Shown in pieces: positions 10,211 through 20,758 of a DNA stretch of 64,000 nt. The stretch is from a virus (lineage: Duplodnaviria > Heunggongvirae > Uroviricota > Caudoviricetes), in the IMG/VR virus record IMGVR_UViG_3300014720_000027, positions 16,466 through 80,465 of that record, one strand, 5' to 3'. Each line of letters opens with the position of its first letter. Positions within the stretch are counted from its first letter, which is position 1. The notes beneath the pieces were generated by a model. It ran no database searches, was not told the DNA's origin, and saw nothing but the letters and a program-made list of their open reading frames with translations. Both the position numbers and the translations under genes were made by a program.

Positions 10211-11189
10211 TTTTTTTCTTCAATATATTTTTATAAAAATCTATAACTTCTTGAACAACATCATCAACACATTTGGTAGCCTTCCATCCTAACAATATTT
10301 CTATTTTATCAGAATTAGGTATTTTTTCCGGGGCTTCAGAAAACAATAGGCCATGTAATTTTATTGGATCGATATGAATAATTTTTGAATTACTTCCAGT
10401 TAATTCTTTTACTTTTTTTGCAAGATACAAAATGGTTTGTTCATTAATTTTATTTCCTATATTCCATTCTTGATTCCAATTGTCTGGTGACGCAATAGAA
10501 GTTAGATAAATTCCATCAACAATATCTTCAACCCAAGTAAATGCTCTTAATTGCTCCCCAGAATAATAAACTGTTATATCTTTTTCTTCTAAAGCTTGTT
10601 CAACAAATCTTGGTAAAACAAAACCACCATTTGGTAATTGATACTTTCCGGTTACATTAAAAGGTCTAACAATCTGATATTTAAAAGTATCGTCTATTTT
10701 TGCATGGTTGCTCAATACGATTTCTGCTAATAGCTTAGCCATAGCGTATTCGTTTCTTACCGTAAATTCTCCATGTAAAACCTTGTCATCTGACTCTTTT
10801 AAATAACTCTTTTGTTTTCTATATCCATATATTTCTGACGTAGACACAAACACCAAGGGGCATTTATTAAATTTTGCTACATTAATTGCCCAGTAAATAT
10901 CGTCTAAAATAATTCTCGCCATTTTTCCGCTATGTTTTAAAACACCGACTGGGCCAACCGGTGAAGCCAAATGTAATATTAGATCAAATTCTGGAAGATC
11001 ATTCCAATTTACATCCAATATATCTTTTAGTATTATATTTGTATCTTTAACTATTTCATGATTTGAATCAACTGCGTTGGATGAAAGATTATCAATAATC
11101 CATATGTTATATCCTTGTTTTCTCCATTTTTGTACACAGTGTATTCCTATAAATCCAAGTCCTCCAGTAATTAGTACATTTTTATTCAT
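10203..11189 (-). CDS. NAD-dependent epimerase/dehydratase (SDR; UDP-glucuronate decarboxylase / dTDP-glucose dehydratase-like)
   Basis: N-terminal Rossmann VLITGGLGFIGIH, catalytic STSEIYG and YAMAK (YxxxK) motifs. Confidence 0.65.
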   Translation of the reverse strand: MNKNVLITGGLGFIGIHCVQKWRKQGYNIWIIDNLSSNAVDSNHEIVKDTNIILKDILDVNWNDLPEFDLILHLASPVGPVGVLKHSGKMARIILDDIYWAINVAKFNKCPLVFVSTSEIYGYRKQKSYLKESDDKVLHGEFTVRNEYAMAKLLAEIVLSNHAKIDDTFKYQIVRPFNVTGKYQLPNGGFVLPRFVEQALEEKDITVYYSGEQLRAFTWVEDIVDGIYLTSIASPDNWNQEWNIGNKINEQTILYLAKKVKELTGSNSKIIHIDPIKLHGLLFSEAPEKIPNSDKIEILLGWKATKCVDDVVQEVIDFYKNILKKKNE

Positions 11190-11362
11190 ATTTACTCCTA
11201 TGATCTATATATTAATAACATATCAGAAGATATAGTTTTTTGATTATGTTCAAAAAATAATTTATATTTTTTAGAGTCCATGTATTGTTTACAATCTAAA
11301 TGCAGTTCATGAGAATGAGTCAATATAAATACTGTACTTACTTGTTCTGGTCATTTTTAACT

Positions 11363-12124
11363 CTATTGTAAAACATGGGTATAATCATAAAACAAACGAT
11401 ACTCTGGGCCATTTTTAAATTTAAAATGATGTGTTCTAGATGGTCCTTGATTTGGCCTCGTTTCAAATTCTAAGCCTATTACTGATTTTTTCCACGGCAT
11501 CCATGAGTTTTGTATATCTAATCTTTCTGCGCCAAGATCATACTTATCATATATTTCATCTGGCAACAATTTAATTATAGCATTGTTATAAGAAAAAGTA
11601 TTCCATTTTTGTTTAAAAAACAAGCCTGATTTTGAACCATATAGTGCATCCTGTGGTTGTAATTTAGTTTTCCAATGATAATCGTATTGCGCTTCACACG
11701 ATTCATAATAAGCTAAATCTGCCATTCTTAGACGAAATACAAAATCATCATCTTCCCACCCGCCGCCATAAAATCTTTCGTCCCAAAACCCTATAGTTCT
11801 TAATAGTTGTTTAGAAAAACCCATAAATCCAACGCTATATTGTGTCGCTGCGGCAAACCCATTTTCTAGGCACCAAAGAATTTTCTTTACTTCATTTGGT
11901 TTTGGATGGGTTCTATCATTAATTAAGATAACAAATTCTGTTTTAGACGAATTAACTGAATCATTAATCAACTCAGAGAATGAATCATACCATTCTCGTC
12001 TATCTATTCTATTGTTCCAATAAATATTAAATTCATTTTCTAATGGCTTTAATGCTTCTATTTGAGCATTGACTATGTTTCTATCGCACCCACAGTGTAG
12101 ACATATTGTAAATTCTTCTATCAT
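11363..12124 (-). CDS. GT-A glycosyltransferase with GGGWEDDDF motif (beta-1,4-galactosyltransferase/GT7- or GT2-like)
   Basis: FYGGGWEDDDFVFR matches the WGGEDDD signature of beta-4-GalT-like GT-A enzymes. Confidence 0.55.
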   Translation of the reverse strand: MIEEFTICLHCGCDRNIVNAQIEALKPLENEFNIYWNNRIDRREWYDSFSELINDSVNSSKTEFVILINDRTHPKPNEVKKILWCLENGFAAATQYSVGFMGFSKQLLRTIGFWDERFYGGGWEDDDFVFRLRMADLAYYESCEAQYDYHWKTKLQPQDALYGSKSGLFFKQKWNTFSYNNAIIKLLPDEIYDKYDLGAERLDIQNSWMPWKKSVIGLEFETRPNQGPSRTHHFKFKNGPEYRLFYDYTHVLQ

Positions 12125-12125
12125 A

Positions 12126-13016
12126 TTAATTCCAATCTAATATTTCTAAAATTTTTAAGGCCCTTTGTTTCGTTGTTCCGTGCTGTAATAGCCATTCTCT
12201 TTGTTTATATACCATGTCTATATATTCTTGTGTTAGTGTAGTTTTATTATTTGTCAACCTATTGATTATTTTATTTAATTCACCTTCTGAAGAATAACTA
12301 AAACATGGCAAATTTTGTGGTGAACACAGGGGCGGTTTATCGTTATAATCTCTAAATAATAAACAAGCGCCACTGGCCAAAATTTCATAATGTCGCAAAG
12401 AATCCCACCCGCCCTTTTTGCATGTTAATCCAAAACATGATCTAGACATATCATTATAGTATTCTTGTTCATCAGAAAAGCAATATAGCTGTCTAGCGTC
12501 TATTCCCAATATCTGTGGCCCAAATAAAGCATATGGTGGAGCAGTTTTTTGTATTAGTTGTGTTTTATTAAAATTAATATTTATAATTCTATGTTCTGGA
12601 ATACCAAAGCCGGTTGGATACACATTGGCTTTTGCTTCAAATAATTCCCTTTTAAAACAAGGTTCTTTTAGTATTCTTGAATGATCATGCCCGTCTAACC
12701 AAAATGTTTTTTGGGCAAAAGCTTCTAAAGAATCATATCTTGGTACATTATATGCATCAGTAACGCCATATAGCAATACAAAATCATTATCAATTATTCT
12801 ATTTTCTATCTCTGGTAATGGTTCTGTTAATAGGCTAAATCCCCATCCATGTAATTCATTTTTTGGAGATTCGCTAAAATCACCATACATAATTTTTTTT
12901 CTAGGAAAATCTATACATTGATCGCCTAACACTTGTCGCAAACCATGCAACATAGATATTTCTTGATAATCACCTTGCGATTTGGGGTCTGAGGTTGTAA
13001 TATAAATTATTTTCAT
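12126..13016 (-). CDS. Putative glycosyltransferase (GT-B-like C-terminus)
   Basis: HYEILASGACLLFRDY resembles the GT-B E-x-x-A-x-G motif. Confidence 0.4.
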   Translation of the reverse strand: MKIIYITTSDPKSQGDYQEISMLHGLRQVLGDQCIDFPRKKIMYGDFSESPKNELHGWGFSLLTEPLPEIENRIIDNDFVLLYGVTDAYNVPRYDSLEAFAQKTFWLDGHDHSRILKEPCFKRELFEAKANVYPTGFGIPEHRIININFNKTQLIQKTAPPYALFGPQILGIDARQLYCFSDEQEYYNDMSRSCFGLTCKKGGWDSLRHYEILASGACLLFRDYNDKPPLCSPQNLPCFSYSSEGELNKIINRLTNNKTTLTQEYIDMVYKQREWLLQHGTTKQRALKILEILDWN

Positions 13017-13585
13017 ATGTATATATTGATTTCCTGTGGTTTTCTTATTTGTATTACAAAACTAGGACAACCATCTTGAGTTATTTTATTTATTTTTAAA
13101 TTATTTAAAGTACAAAATTCATTAACTGCTGTAAAGACACCCGAAAATAAAACTTCGTGATAATCATGCCCACACATATAACCATTATTTTTAATTTTAT
13201 TAAAACATAATTCAATATCTTGTTTAATACCCTCGTAAGAATGATCACCATCAATATACATAGCATCAAAATAATTATCTTCAAAATTTTTTAAAACATC
13301 TACGCTGCGTCCTTTATGAAGAATAACATTTTTATCAATAGACCATTTTTTTATTTGTTCATATTCATGATCCATATTTGCGTGCTGCATATTATTACCG
13401 TCTTTGTCTCCTGAGCAAGTTGGTCCAGAGAAAATATCGATTAAATGCAACTCTTTAGGTTTAATTGTTTCATAAATAATTTTAGAATATTCCCCTTTAA
13501 AAACACCTATCTCGGCAAAAATTAAGTTGTGATCAAAAAAATTTAATAAATTATTTCTATTGTCTATTATTTCCATATTGATCAT
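13013..13585 (-). CDS. Class I SAM-dependent methyltransferase (TylF/MycF-like O-methyltransferase family)
   Basis: Motif I FAEIGVFKGEYS and a downstream acidic motif (YIDGDHSYEG). Paralogous to the ORF at 58857-59429. Confidence 0.55.
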   Translation of the reverse strand: MINMEIIDNRNNLLNFFDHNLIFAEIGVFKGEYSKIIYETIKPKELHLIDIFSGPTCSGDKDGNNMQHANMDHEYEQIKKWSIDKNVILHKGRSVDVLKNFEDNYFDAMYIDGDHSYEGIKQDIELCFNKIKNNGYMCGHDYHEVLFSGVFTAVNEFCTLNNLKINKITQDGCPSFVIQIRKPQEINIYI

Positions 13586-14321
13586 ATTCCTTCATTTTAT
13601 TTATTTTGTCTATATAGTTACCCGGACCACCGGGAAAATGCATTAAAGTTTTTTTAGTTATATGGTCATGTGATATAAGAGCATTAAAACTATTATTTAT
13701 AACATTATTGCGATATAAAACTACATTTCCATACGGCTGCTCAATACACGCATTCATTTTATCCAAATTATCCATCATAAATTGTTCTATTTGTTTAAAT
13801 ATTAAAACTGATTTACTAAAAAATCCAAATGCTCCAAAATTAATTGCTTTAACATTGTTTTCTTTTATTTTTTTTAATTCTTCATTAGAAAAAAAATCCT
13901 TACCGTTATAATAACATCCACCCATAGTACCATCTTCATTAGATACATATATATCGTCATGATTAACCATTGTGTTAAAAATATTTGAAATATTATTTGT
14001 CCATATTGTATCTATGTCACAAAAAAATATTTTTTCATAGTTTTTAATTAGTGCCCAATCATATATTTTTAATTTATTGTATGATGATTTTTGTACACTG
14101 GACGTATCAGATATAAAAAAATAAAAATTGTCAATATTTAAATTTAGTTTATCTAAAGTGTTTTTTATTTTTTCAATAAAATTATTGTCTGTTATAAAAA
14201 GAATATTAATATTTAAATCTATGTATTTAGACAAGGATTTTAAGTGCATATTTAATATTTCTATGTATTGTAAATTTCCTCCAATACTATAATAAATTAA
14301 ATTTTTCATATTTTCATTCAT
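13557..14321 (-). CDS. Putative nucleotide-diphospho-sugar transferase
   Basis: FFCDIDTIW DxD-like motif. Very low GC. Confidence 0.35.
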   Translation of the reverse strand: MNENMKNLIYYSIGGNLQYIEILNMHLKSLSKYIDLNINILFITDNNFIEKIKNTLDKLNLNIDNFYFFISDTSSVQKSSYNKLKIYDWALIKNYEKIFFCDIDTIWTNNISNIFNTMVNHDDIYVSNEDGTMGGCYYNGKDFFSNEELKKIKENNVKAINFGAFGFFSKSVLIFKQIEQFMMDNLDKMNACIEQPYGNVVLYRNNVINNSFNALISHDHITKKTLMHFPGGPGNYIDKINKMKEYDQYGNNRQ

Positions 14322-15124
14322 TGTAGCTCTTTTATTATATTGCCAACAATCGCTTGATATAAATATTTATTTTTAAACGCTATGCGACCATTTTGTATTT
14401 TTTCATTTATTTGTTCAAAAGTCATGTTTTTTAATTTTTCTTCAAGCGTGTTGATATTTTTGATATCGCACAATACGCCATAGTTCTCAAAATCTTTGTC
14501 AAAATACGGAATCCAAGGATCGTCGTATATGTATATTGGTATCGATCCGCACATTAATGATTCATAAATTCTAAAAGATGTTTTGCCGTATCCTCTAGGA
14601 CATAAAGAAAAAATACTATCTGTAATTATTTTTAAATATGATTTATAATCATATCTGACATCTGTTATAGCAAATGGAGCCTTTAATACTCTGCTCATTT
14701 CTTCTCTAACAAAATGTCTACCCCAAATAGCTCCCACGAAGCTAGCAAAAAAATTGCGTTTTTCTATTGGTATTATTGGAATACTATTATCATAATAATA
14801 ACTACTAAGAGGTATCGCATAATCACCTATTCCGCCACTAGCAAAAATAAATAAATCTAAATCTTTTATTTTATTTAATATTCCATCGTCCCATTGTATA
14901 ACTGTAAAATATTTTTTAGATCTATCAAGGGAATCTAAATAGTTTTGAAGCTCGGACATATCTTGCTGCCCGTAATCTTTTGATATATAATAATTGGTCC
15001 AATATATTGGTAAATATTCTCTATTTAGTTTTGGTTGAATACTCTCAATATATTTTCCAAAAAATTCTTCAAATATTATAATATTTTGCGGAGGATTTTC
15101 GTGATTGGTTGGCACTTTAAACAT
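14318..15124 (-). CDS. Exostosin-like (GT47-type) glycosyltransferase
   Basis: LCPRGYGKTSFRIYESLMCGSIPIYI closely parallels the exostosin/GT47 C-terminal signature CxPxGDxxxSxRLFEAlxxGCIPVi. Confidence 0.5.
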   Translation of the reverse strand: MFKVPTNHENPPQNIIIFEEFFGKYIESIQPKLNREYLPIYWTNYYISKDYGQQDMSELQNYLDSLDRSKKYFTVIQWDDGILNKIKDLDLFIFASGGIGDYAIPLSSYYYDNSIPIIPIEKRNFFASFVGAIWGRHFVREEMSRVLKAPFAITDVRYDYKSYLKIITDSIFSLCPRGYGKTSFRIYESLMCGSIPIYIYDDPWIPYFDKDFENYGVLCDIKNINTLEEKLKNMTFEQINEKIQNGRIAFKNKYLYQAIVGNIIKELQ

Positions 15125-16001
15125 CGTTCTTGCCTTTAAAAAATTTAGAATTTGGCTGCCAACTAGCGTGCCATAAATGACACGCCATGCTCCAAGGCTT
15201 TATAAATTGCTGAATAAACTCTAAAGATTGATTCTCTCTATAAGCAGCCGGAAACGGATGAAAAGTTTGAGATGGAAATATAATAATATCTTGCCTATAA
15301 GTATTTTTTAAATAATATAAAATAGCTGCTGTTAAAAGCCAAGGCCCTGTTTGATATAAAACCCTTGTTTGTTCACACTTTATTTCATTAATATACTTAG
15401 TATCGTCTGCATTATGAATACACATATCTAATATAAAACTGTTTGGGGCAGAAGCCATGATTCCATTGTTAATTTGAACATTTTTTTCTAAGCATATACC
15501 AGCATAAAAAGATACTGCCTCATGCAATTCGCTAAAATTATCCGAGCAGCATAAAAAATCTGTGTCTACATAAAGACCGCCAAGCTCATTTAAAATTTCA
15601 TACCTTAGAATATCCGATTTAATGCCAAAGCTTTTAGATCTATGAAAAATATTGTTAGATTCTTTATTAGATAAAAATTTTTCTGATTTACTATCGTTCC
15701 ATATGTCAATATCAAATCCGGTTTTATTTTTCCAATCATCTATTATAGGTAAATAATGATCCGGTACTTTTCCACCAAGCCATATAAAATGTATTGTTTT
15801 AGGTATAGGATTATTTGTTTTTTCTTTTATATTATAAAATCTTGTTACTAAATCCCAGTCGGAATCTGATTTTGCAAAATTTATATCAAATAATGATGTT
15901 GGTATTATACATTTGTTTAAAAAATCATCTTTATTGTTTAACATATAAGGCATCTCCCCAAGATTTGCTTTGCCAATATGTATAAAAATTTTTGAATCCA
16001 A
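15117..16001 (-). CDS. GT32-like glycosyltransferase (DXD-containing sugar-binding region)
   Basis: IPKTIHFIWLGG and YVDTDF motifs are characteristic of the GT32 / Och1-like family. Confidence 0.55.
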   Translation of the reverse strand: MDSKIFIHIGKANLGEMPYMLNNKDDFLNKCIIPTSLFDINFAKSDSDWDLVTRFYNIKEKTNNPIPKTIHFIWLGGKVPDHYLPIIDDWKNKTGFDIDIWNDSKSEKFLSNKESNNIFHRSKSFGIKSDILRYEILNELGGLYVDTDFLCCSDNFSELHEAVSFYAGICLEKNVQINNGIMASAPNSFILDMCIHNADDTKYINEIKCEQTRVLYQTGPWLLTAAILYYLKNTYRQDIIIFPSQTFHPFPAAYRENQSLEFIQQFIKPWSMACHLWHASWQPNSKFFKGKNDV

Positions 16002-16572
16002 AATGATTTAAAAAATTATCTATATCATTAACCATAGGACACCCTTCGTAAACTTCGTCTCTGTTTACTTCTGCTATGATATATTTAATACTATTTAATG
16101 TATTAATAGAACCTTTTAATACTTTTAATTCATACCCCTGAACATCTATTGACAATAAGTTATACTCGTTTATATTTATATTATTTTCTAATACAACATT
16201 GTCTAATCTTTTTATTTTGCATTTTTCTATTGTTCCATCAAATATTACATTTGGATGTTCTGTTAAATGAATCTTTGGCTTTAAAAAAGAACTAGATGCC
16301 CCAGACCCATTTTGTATCCCCCCGTCAGTTTTAGAAATATAAAGATCTAACTCTCCTTCTTCATCTCCAAGGGCAAAATTATAAGCTTGTTCTGTTGGTA
16401 AAAGTTGATACTTGAACATATGATATAAATGTTCTTGTGGTTCAAACAGTATTGTATTTTTTAATCCTATCTCTCTATATTGTTTTATTTCTTCTCCTCG
16501 AAATGCTCCTATGTGAATTATTCCGGCTATATTTCCAAAAATATCAATTATATTTTTTAAGTCAAATATCAT
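15931..16572 (-). CDS. FkbM-family methyltransferase
   Basis: IDVQGYELKVLKGS matches the FkbM motif. N-terminal GAFRGEE is SAM-motif-I-like. The annotated start overlaps the downstream gene, so the true start may be an internal Met. Confidence 0.5.
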   Translation of the reverse strand: MIFDLKNIIDIFGNIAGIIHIGAFRGEEIKQYREIGLKNTILFEPQEHLYHMFKYQLLPTEQAYNFALGDEEGELDLYISKTDGGIQNGSGASSSFLKPKIHLTEHPNVIFDGTIEKCKIKRLDNVVLENNININEYNLLSIDVQGYELKVLKGSINTLNSIKYIIAEVNRDEVYEGCPMVNDIDNFLNHFGFKNFYTYWQSKSWGDALYVKQ

Positions 16573-17402
16573 TTTAAAATATCCAATTCTGTATGAGGGC
16601 AGTAAATATTTGAAAAATCTAGATCTTCCAGCTTGATTCTGTGGCCGGATAAATAAAGCTGCATCAGATGATCTTCACAGTATGAATATTGATCGCCAGA
16701 CCTATTCTTATACTCTTCTTGAACTCTATTATTTGGGCTGTTTACCACGCAACTATCTTTGGGGGCTAGCATAAAAGGCCCAACCTCGAAGAAAAATCGT
16801 TGCATTAATGATTCTAATTTATTAGGCGTTTGAGAATATCTGTTGATATTATTCCATAAATATATTTCGTACAATATTTTTTGTAATTTTCTTTTATTAA
16901 AAATGTGTCCATCTACCGATAAAACATATCCCCAATAACTATGAGGCAGTACAGATGTTCTATTCCATATGATTTCAGATTCGTTTAAGAAATTGACTTG
17001 TGTTGTATCGTTATACCACTTATCTTCCATTTGACGCTTAGTTATATTTAGCCCTAAACGAAGAGAGTAGCATCCAAAAACATCATTATCCAAATGAGAC
17101 AAAGTGGAGGCCGGTATATTTACCATTTTATATACAATATCATCGTCTGTAAACATAACAACATATTCATTTTTTGAATCTCTGCACGCTTCCCAAGTAT
17201 CTTGAAAAAAACTATCTTGCTTGATAAAAATAACTTTAGTTTGATATTCTTTCATTAAAATATTGTAAGATTCTAAATGCGAATCGTCGGCTTTCCACAC
17301 GACTCTAATCTGATTACATTGTATAAAATTTTGCTTAATACTTTTTAGCAAAAGGTCTAATTGAGTGGCCCTGTTTTTACTAAATACTATAGCAGATATC
17401 AT
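16569..17402 (-). CDS. Putative glycosyltransferase (GT-A-like)
   Basis: N-terminal ISAIVFSKNRATQLDLLLKS is typical of GT-A nucleotide-binding openings. No stronger motif seen. Confidence 0.35.
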   Translation of the reverse strand: MISAIVFSKNRATQLDLLLKSIKQNFIQCNQIRVVWKADDSHLESYNILMKEYQTKVIFIKQDSFFQDTWEACRDSKNEYVVMFTDDDIVYKMVNIPASTLSHLDNDVFGCYSLRLGLNITKRQMEDKWYNDTTQVNFLNESEIIWNRTSVLPHSYWGYVLSVDGHIFNKRKLQKILYEIYLWNNINRYSQTPNKLESLMQRFFFEVGPFMLAPKDSCVVNSPNNRVQEEYKNRSGDQYSYCEDHLMQLYLSGHRIKLEDLDFSNIYCPHTELDILK

Positions 17403-18336
17403 TCAATATTCCTTTATTTTTATAAAACCAGTCTATAGTTATATCCAACCCTTTGTCCAGATTATAAACTGGGTGATAATCCAAAACGTTTTTAGCCCTA
17501 TTTATAGAAAGACTTCTACGTGGCTGACCTTCTAATTTATCATGCTGAAATGCAAAATTTCCATAATAATTCATTTTTTTTGCTATCAAATGAACCAATT
17601 CTCTAACGGTTGTTTCTTCCCCAGTTCCTATGTTGATTGGCTCTGGCCCGGTATCTTTATTCATTGCCAGTATAATAGCATTTACGCAGTCTTCTACAAA
17701 TAAGAATTCTCTGCTGGCTTTTCCAGAGCCCCAAACTTCTACAAATGTTTTATTATTTTTTAAAGCTTGGTCAATTTTTAAAATAATCGCGGGAATAACG
17801 TGGCTACTAGTTAAATTAAAATGATCATGACTACCATACATATTTGCCGGAACCAATGTAGTAGAATTAAATCCATATTCTTTTTCATAAGCTATTAAAA
17901 GCTCATTAATTGTTTTTTTAGCGATTCCATATGGAGCATTAGTTTCTTCCGGATAGCCACTCCACAAGTCCTCTTCATGGAATGGCACTCGCGTATATTT
18001 TGGGTAAGAGCACACCGTCCCCAGCATTATAAATTTTTTTAAATTGCCATACTTTCTACAACTTTCGATAAGGTTAGTGCCCATCGCCAGATTTTCATAA
18101 ATAAATAAGCCGGGATGTTGAGAGTTAGCCAAAATTCCACCAACTCTAGCCGCTGTATGAATAACAATATCGGGCTTGTGCTGATTAATCAAATAGTCTA
18201 CATATCGTTGATTGGTTAAGTCGCACTCTGTTTTGCCAGAAAGTTTTATAAGATTATCATATCCAAGATATTCTAATTTTTGTATCAGGTTTTTACCTAC
18301 AAAGCCTTGTGCTCCACTAATTAAAATTTTCTGCAT
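17380..18336 (-). CDS. fcl: GDP-L-fucose synthase (GDP-4-keto-6-deoxy-D-mannose 3,5-epimerase/4-reductase)
   Basis: Strong colinear similarity to E. coli Fcl: ILISGAQGFVGKNL Rossmann; AARVGGILANSQHPGLFIYEN vs AAKVGGIVANNTYPADFIYQN; APYGIAKKT (YxxxK); HVIPAII; VWGSGKASREFLFVED. The likely start is the internal Met (MQKILISG). The ORF track extends to 18387. Confidence 0.8.
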   Translation of the reverse strand: MQKILISGAQGFVGKNLIQKLEYLGYDNLIKLSGKTECDLTNQRYVDYLINQHKPDIVIHTAARVGGILANSQHPGLFIYENLAMGTNLIESCRKYGNLKKFIMLGTVCSYPKYTRVPFHEEDLWSGYPEETNAPYGIAKKTINELLIAYEKEYGFNSTTLVPANMYGSHDHFNLTSSHVIPAIILKIDQALKNNKTFVEVWGSGKASREFLFVEDCVNAIILAMNKDTGPEPINIGTGEETTVRELVHLIAKKMNYYGNFAFQHDKLEGQPRRSLSINRAKNVLDYHPVYNLDKGLDITIDWFYKNKGILNDICYSI

Positions 18337-19372
18337 AATATTTATTCCATAAAGAAAGTATAGAACTAGACTCTTTCTCGTAGCCAAACCTATTTAAAAA
18401 TTGCGCTATTCTGTGATAATTAGTGTGCTCTGATAAAACTATTTTTTGTCCTTGTTTGGCTATTTTTTCAGCTTCGTCATAATTATTTAAATAATAGTTA
18501 ACATGATCCTGAAAATCTTGTTCATTATCAGCAAACACCATGCCATCTTTAAAGATTCTTTTGTGAGACGCGACATTATCACCAACACAAAATCCACCGG
18601 CTGCCAATACTTTAAAACTTCTTTCGTTTACTTCTATCCCGTATTCATGAGCGTGCGGCTCGCTTAAATTAGGACAAATTCTTGCTGATCTAAAAAGATT
18701 CTTTACTTTCTCTTCTTTAATATGTCCACAATACTGATTTACCCCAGTCCATCCTTGATTACCAAATATTTTTATTTTGTATTTATTTACAGGATAACAT
18801 AATGGCAAAAGATATTTATTGATTATTTGTCCTTTATAAGGCCAATAGCCGCCAACAAATCCAATGTCACACTCTAAAGCCGGGTCATATTCTGGATTTA
18901 AATAAGAATGAATATCAGCGCACAAAAGAATACCAACCGCTGGAATGTTTAACTTATTAACAAAATGCGAATGCGTTTGATTAACCGATTCCTGTTCGTA
19001 ATGAATATAAATAAACTCTGGCTGGCCTGTTTCATTTTTTAAATCTTCTAATAGCTTAATTTCTTTTTGAGTGGTTTGCAGGATATTAAATCTTGGATCT
19101 GTGTGAAAATCAGACCAATCTCCAGCTCTTAAAGCTACTTTTAAATGCGGTCTATTTTTAATACATTTGATTGTAGCTTTATCTAGGTTGTATAGTTGAC
19201 CAATAAATATATCGGGTTGAAACTCATCGAATATTCTAAAGGTTGGGGTTTTTGTATCATATATTTGAGCTTCTATAAAATTAATACTATTAAAAGCGTT
19301 TAACCAAGACATTCTTTCAAAATAGTGAGCGTGATAACCGTCATTAGCAATCAATATTTTTAATTTCTTCAT
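18317..19372 (-). CDS. Putative glycosyltransferase (CgeB/DUF3880-like)
   Basis: C-terminal KVLAAGGFCVGDN ... NYYLNNYDEAEKIAKQG resembles the CgeB-family GT C-terminus. Confidence 0.4.
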   Translation of the reverse strand: MKKLKILIANDGYHAHYFERMSWLNAFNSINFIEAQIYDTKTPTFRIFDEFQPDIFIGQLYNLDKATIKCIKNRPHLKVALRAGDWSDFHTDPRFNILQTTQKEIKLLEDLKNETGQPEFIYIHYEQESVNQTHSHFVNKLNIPAVGILLCADIHSYLNPEYDPALECDIGFVGGYWPYKGQIINKYLLPLCYPVNKYKIKIFGNQGWTGVNQYCGHIKEEKVKNLFRSARICPNLSEPHAHEYGIEVNERSFKVLAAGGFCVGDNVASHKRIFKDGMVFADNEQDFQDHVNYYLNNYDEAEKIAKQGQKIVLSEHTNYHRIAQFLNRFGYEKESSSILSLWNKYYAENFN

Positions 19373-20012
19373 TTTTTAAATCCTTGATTGAATCTATTTC
19401 TACTATACGCATGTTTTCTGGCTCATAACAATGAAAAATGCCGCCCATATTGATAACCTTGTTTATAATTTCAAAAATAAAAAGTTTATCAGTATTATAA
19501 TGTATTATTTCTTTTAAAAATTGTAATTCTACGCCCGTAAAATACGCTATTTGACACCATTTTTGTTTTAAGCCATAAGATAAATTTGTAGCAATATTAT
19601 TATCTGAAACTATTCCAACTTCTTTGTCGGCAATTCTCTGCTTATTGTCCACTATTAAAAATGACTTCTTTTTATTGACGTTTAAGGCATCGTAATTAAA
19701 CAGAAGATCTCCGTGAATAATAAGTAAACCGGCTGATGAAAATTTCAATGCTATTTTTACACCATATGCGGTGCCATTATCTAAAAAGTTTTTATTTTCA
19801 ATAACGCATATCTTTTCTTTATCAAATTTTTTTTGTATTTTACTAAATTTATAACCGCCGACAATAGTTATGTCTTTTCCAAATAATTTTGAAACTATGC
19901 TTACCTGATTGTCTATTATGGTTTTTTCGCCAATTTGAATCAGGCATCTTGGTTCGTAAGATTTCATTCTGGCTGATATGCCAGCGGCAAGTATTATTGT
20001 TTGATTCTTCAT
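19344..20012 (-). CDS. Sugar nucleotidyltransferase (MobA-like NTP-transferase fold)
   Basis: N-terminal IILAAGISARMKS matches the GxGxR nucleotide-binding motif of sugar-phosphate nucleotidyltransferases. Confidence 0.5.
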   Translation of the reverse strand: MKNQTIILAAGISARMKSYEPRCLIQIGEKTIIDNQVSIVSKLFGKDITIVGGYKFSKIQKKFDKEKICVIENKNFLDNGTAYGVKIALKFSSAGLLIIHGDLLFNYDALNVNKKKSFLIVDNKQRIADKEVGIVSDNNIATNLSYGLKQKWCQIAYFTGVELQFLKEIIHYNTDKLFIFEIINKVINMGGIFHCYEPENMRIVEIDSIKDLKNEEIKNIDC

Positions 20013-20758
20013 AATCTTTGTTGTAGTATTTTAGCGTTTTGATTAAAAATTTCAGGAGTCATTTTTAATGATTGGTTTCTTCCCGTTGTTCTGACTAAAG
20101 ATAAAGATTGGGGCACATGTTTCATGAGGCAAACTTTAGATAATCTCAGCCATAAATCATAATCTTCAGTGCAACCAATAAAACCTTTGCTTAGCGGCCC
20201 ATGTAATCTTGGATCGTATACGTCTTTATTTTCTAGTAATACCTGTTGTAAAATAGATTTACGAATAAGAGCCCCCGAATGAACAATACATCTTTTTAAC
20301 AGTGTTGATGAACTATACGGTTCTTTAAATTCTCTTTTTATATACCCATCTTCCAAAATATCGTAGTCGGCATAAGCTACGCCAACATTAGGATCAGACA
20401 TTTCTTTAAGTAGAAGCTCTACTTTGTTTGGATAATATATATCGTCGGCATCAAGAATAGCAAAAAAATCTGATTGATCCCAAAGATTTTTAATCAATGT
20501 ATTTCTAGCGGCGGAAGCCCCTTGATTTTCTGTATTAATGTAAGTAAAATTAGTGTTATAAACAATTCCGGGCTTATAGAGCGTGGCCTGTGATAATGAT
20601 GCGATATATTGCATGATATTATCATGCGAATTATCTGTAGATCCATCATTGATAACACCAACATGACAATGAATAGTTTGACTCATTGCGCTTTTAAAAG
20701 CATCTACAACCATATCTCCATAGTTATAATTTGCAATGATAATAGATACTTTATCCAC
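20009..20758 (-). CDS. Family 2 glycosyltransferase
   Basis: SIIIANYNYGDMVVDAFKSAMSQT and LDADD are classic GT2 motifs. Confidence 0.65.
   Translation of the reverse strand: MDKVSIIIANYNYGDMVVDAFKSAMSQTIHCHVGVINDGSTDNSHDNIMQYIASLSQATLYKPGIVYNTNFTYINTENQGASAARNTLIKNLWDQSDFFAILDADDIYYPNKVELLLKEMSDPNVGVAYADYDILEDGYIKREFKEPYSSSTLLKRCIVHSGALIRKSILQQVLLENKDVYDPRLHGPLSKGFIGCTEDYDLWLRLSKVCLMKHVPQSLSLVRTTGRNQSLKMTPEIFNQNAKILQQRL

Noticed and set aside
11190-11362. 170-nt AT-rich non-coding gap, checked for a tRNA or small RNA
   Set aside because: No GC-rich acceptor/T-arm-like elements or stable hairpins were seen. Most likely a promoter or intergenic region for the downstream glycan genes.
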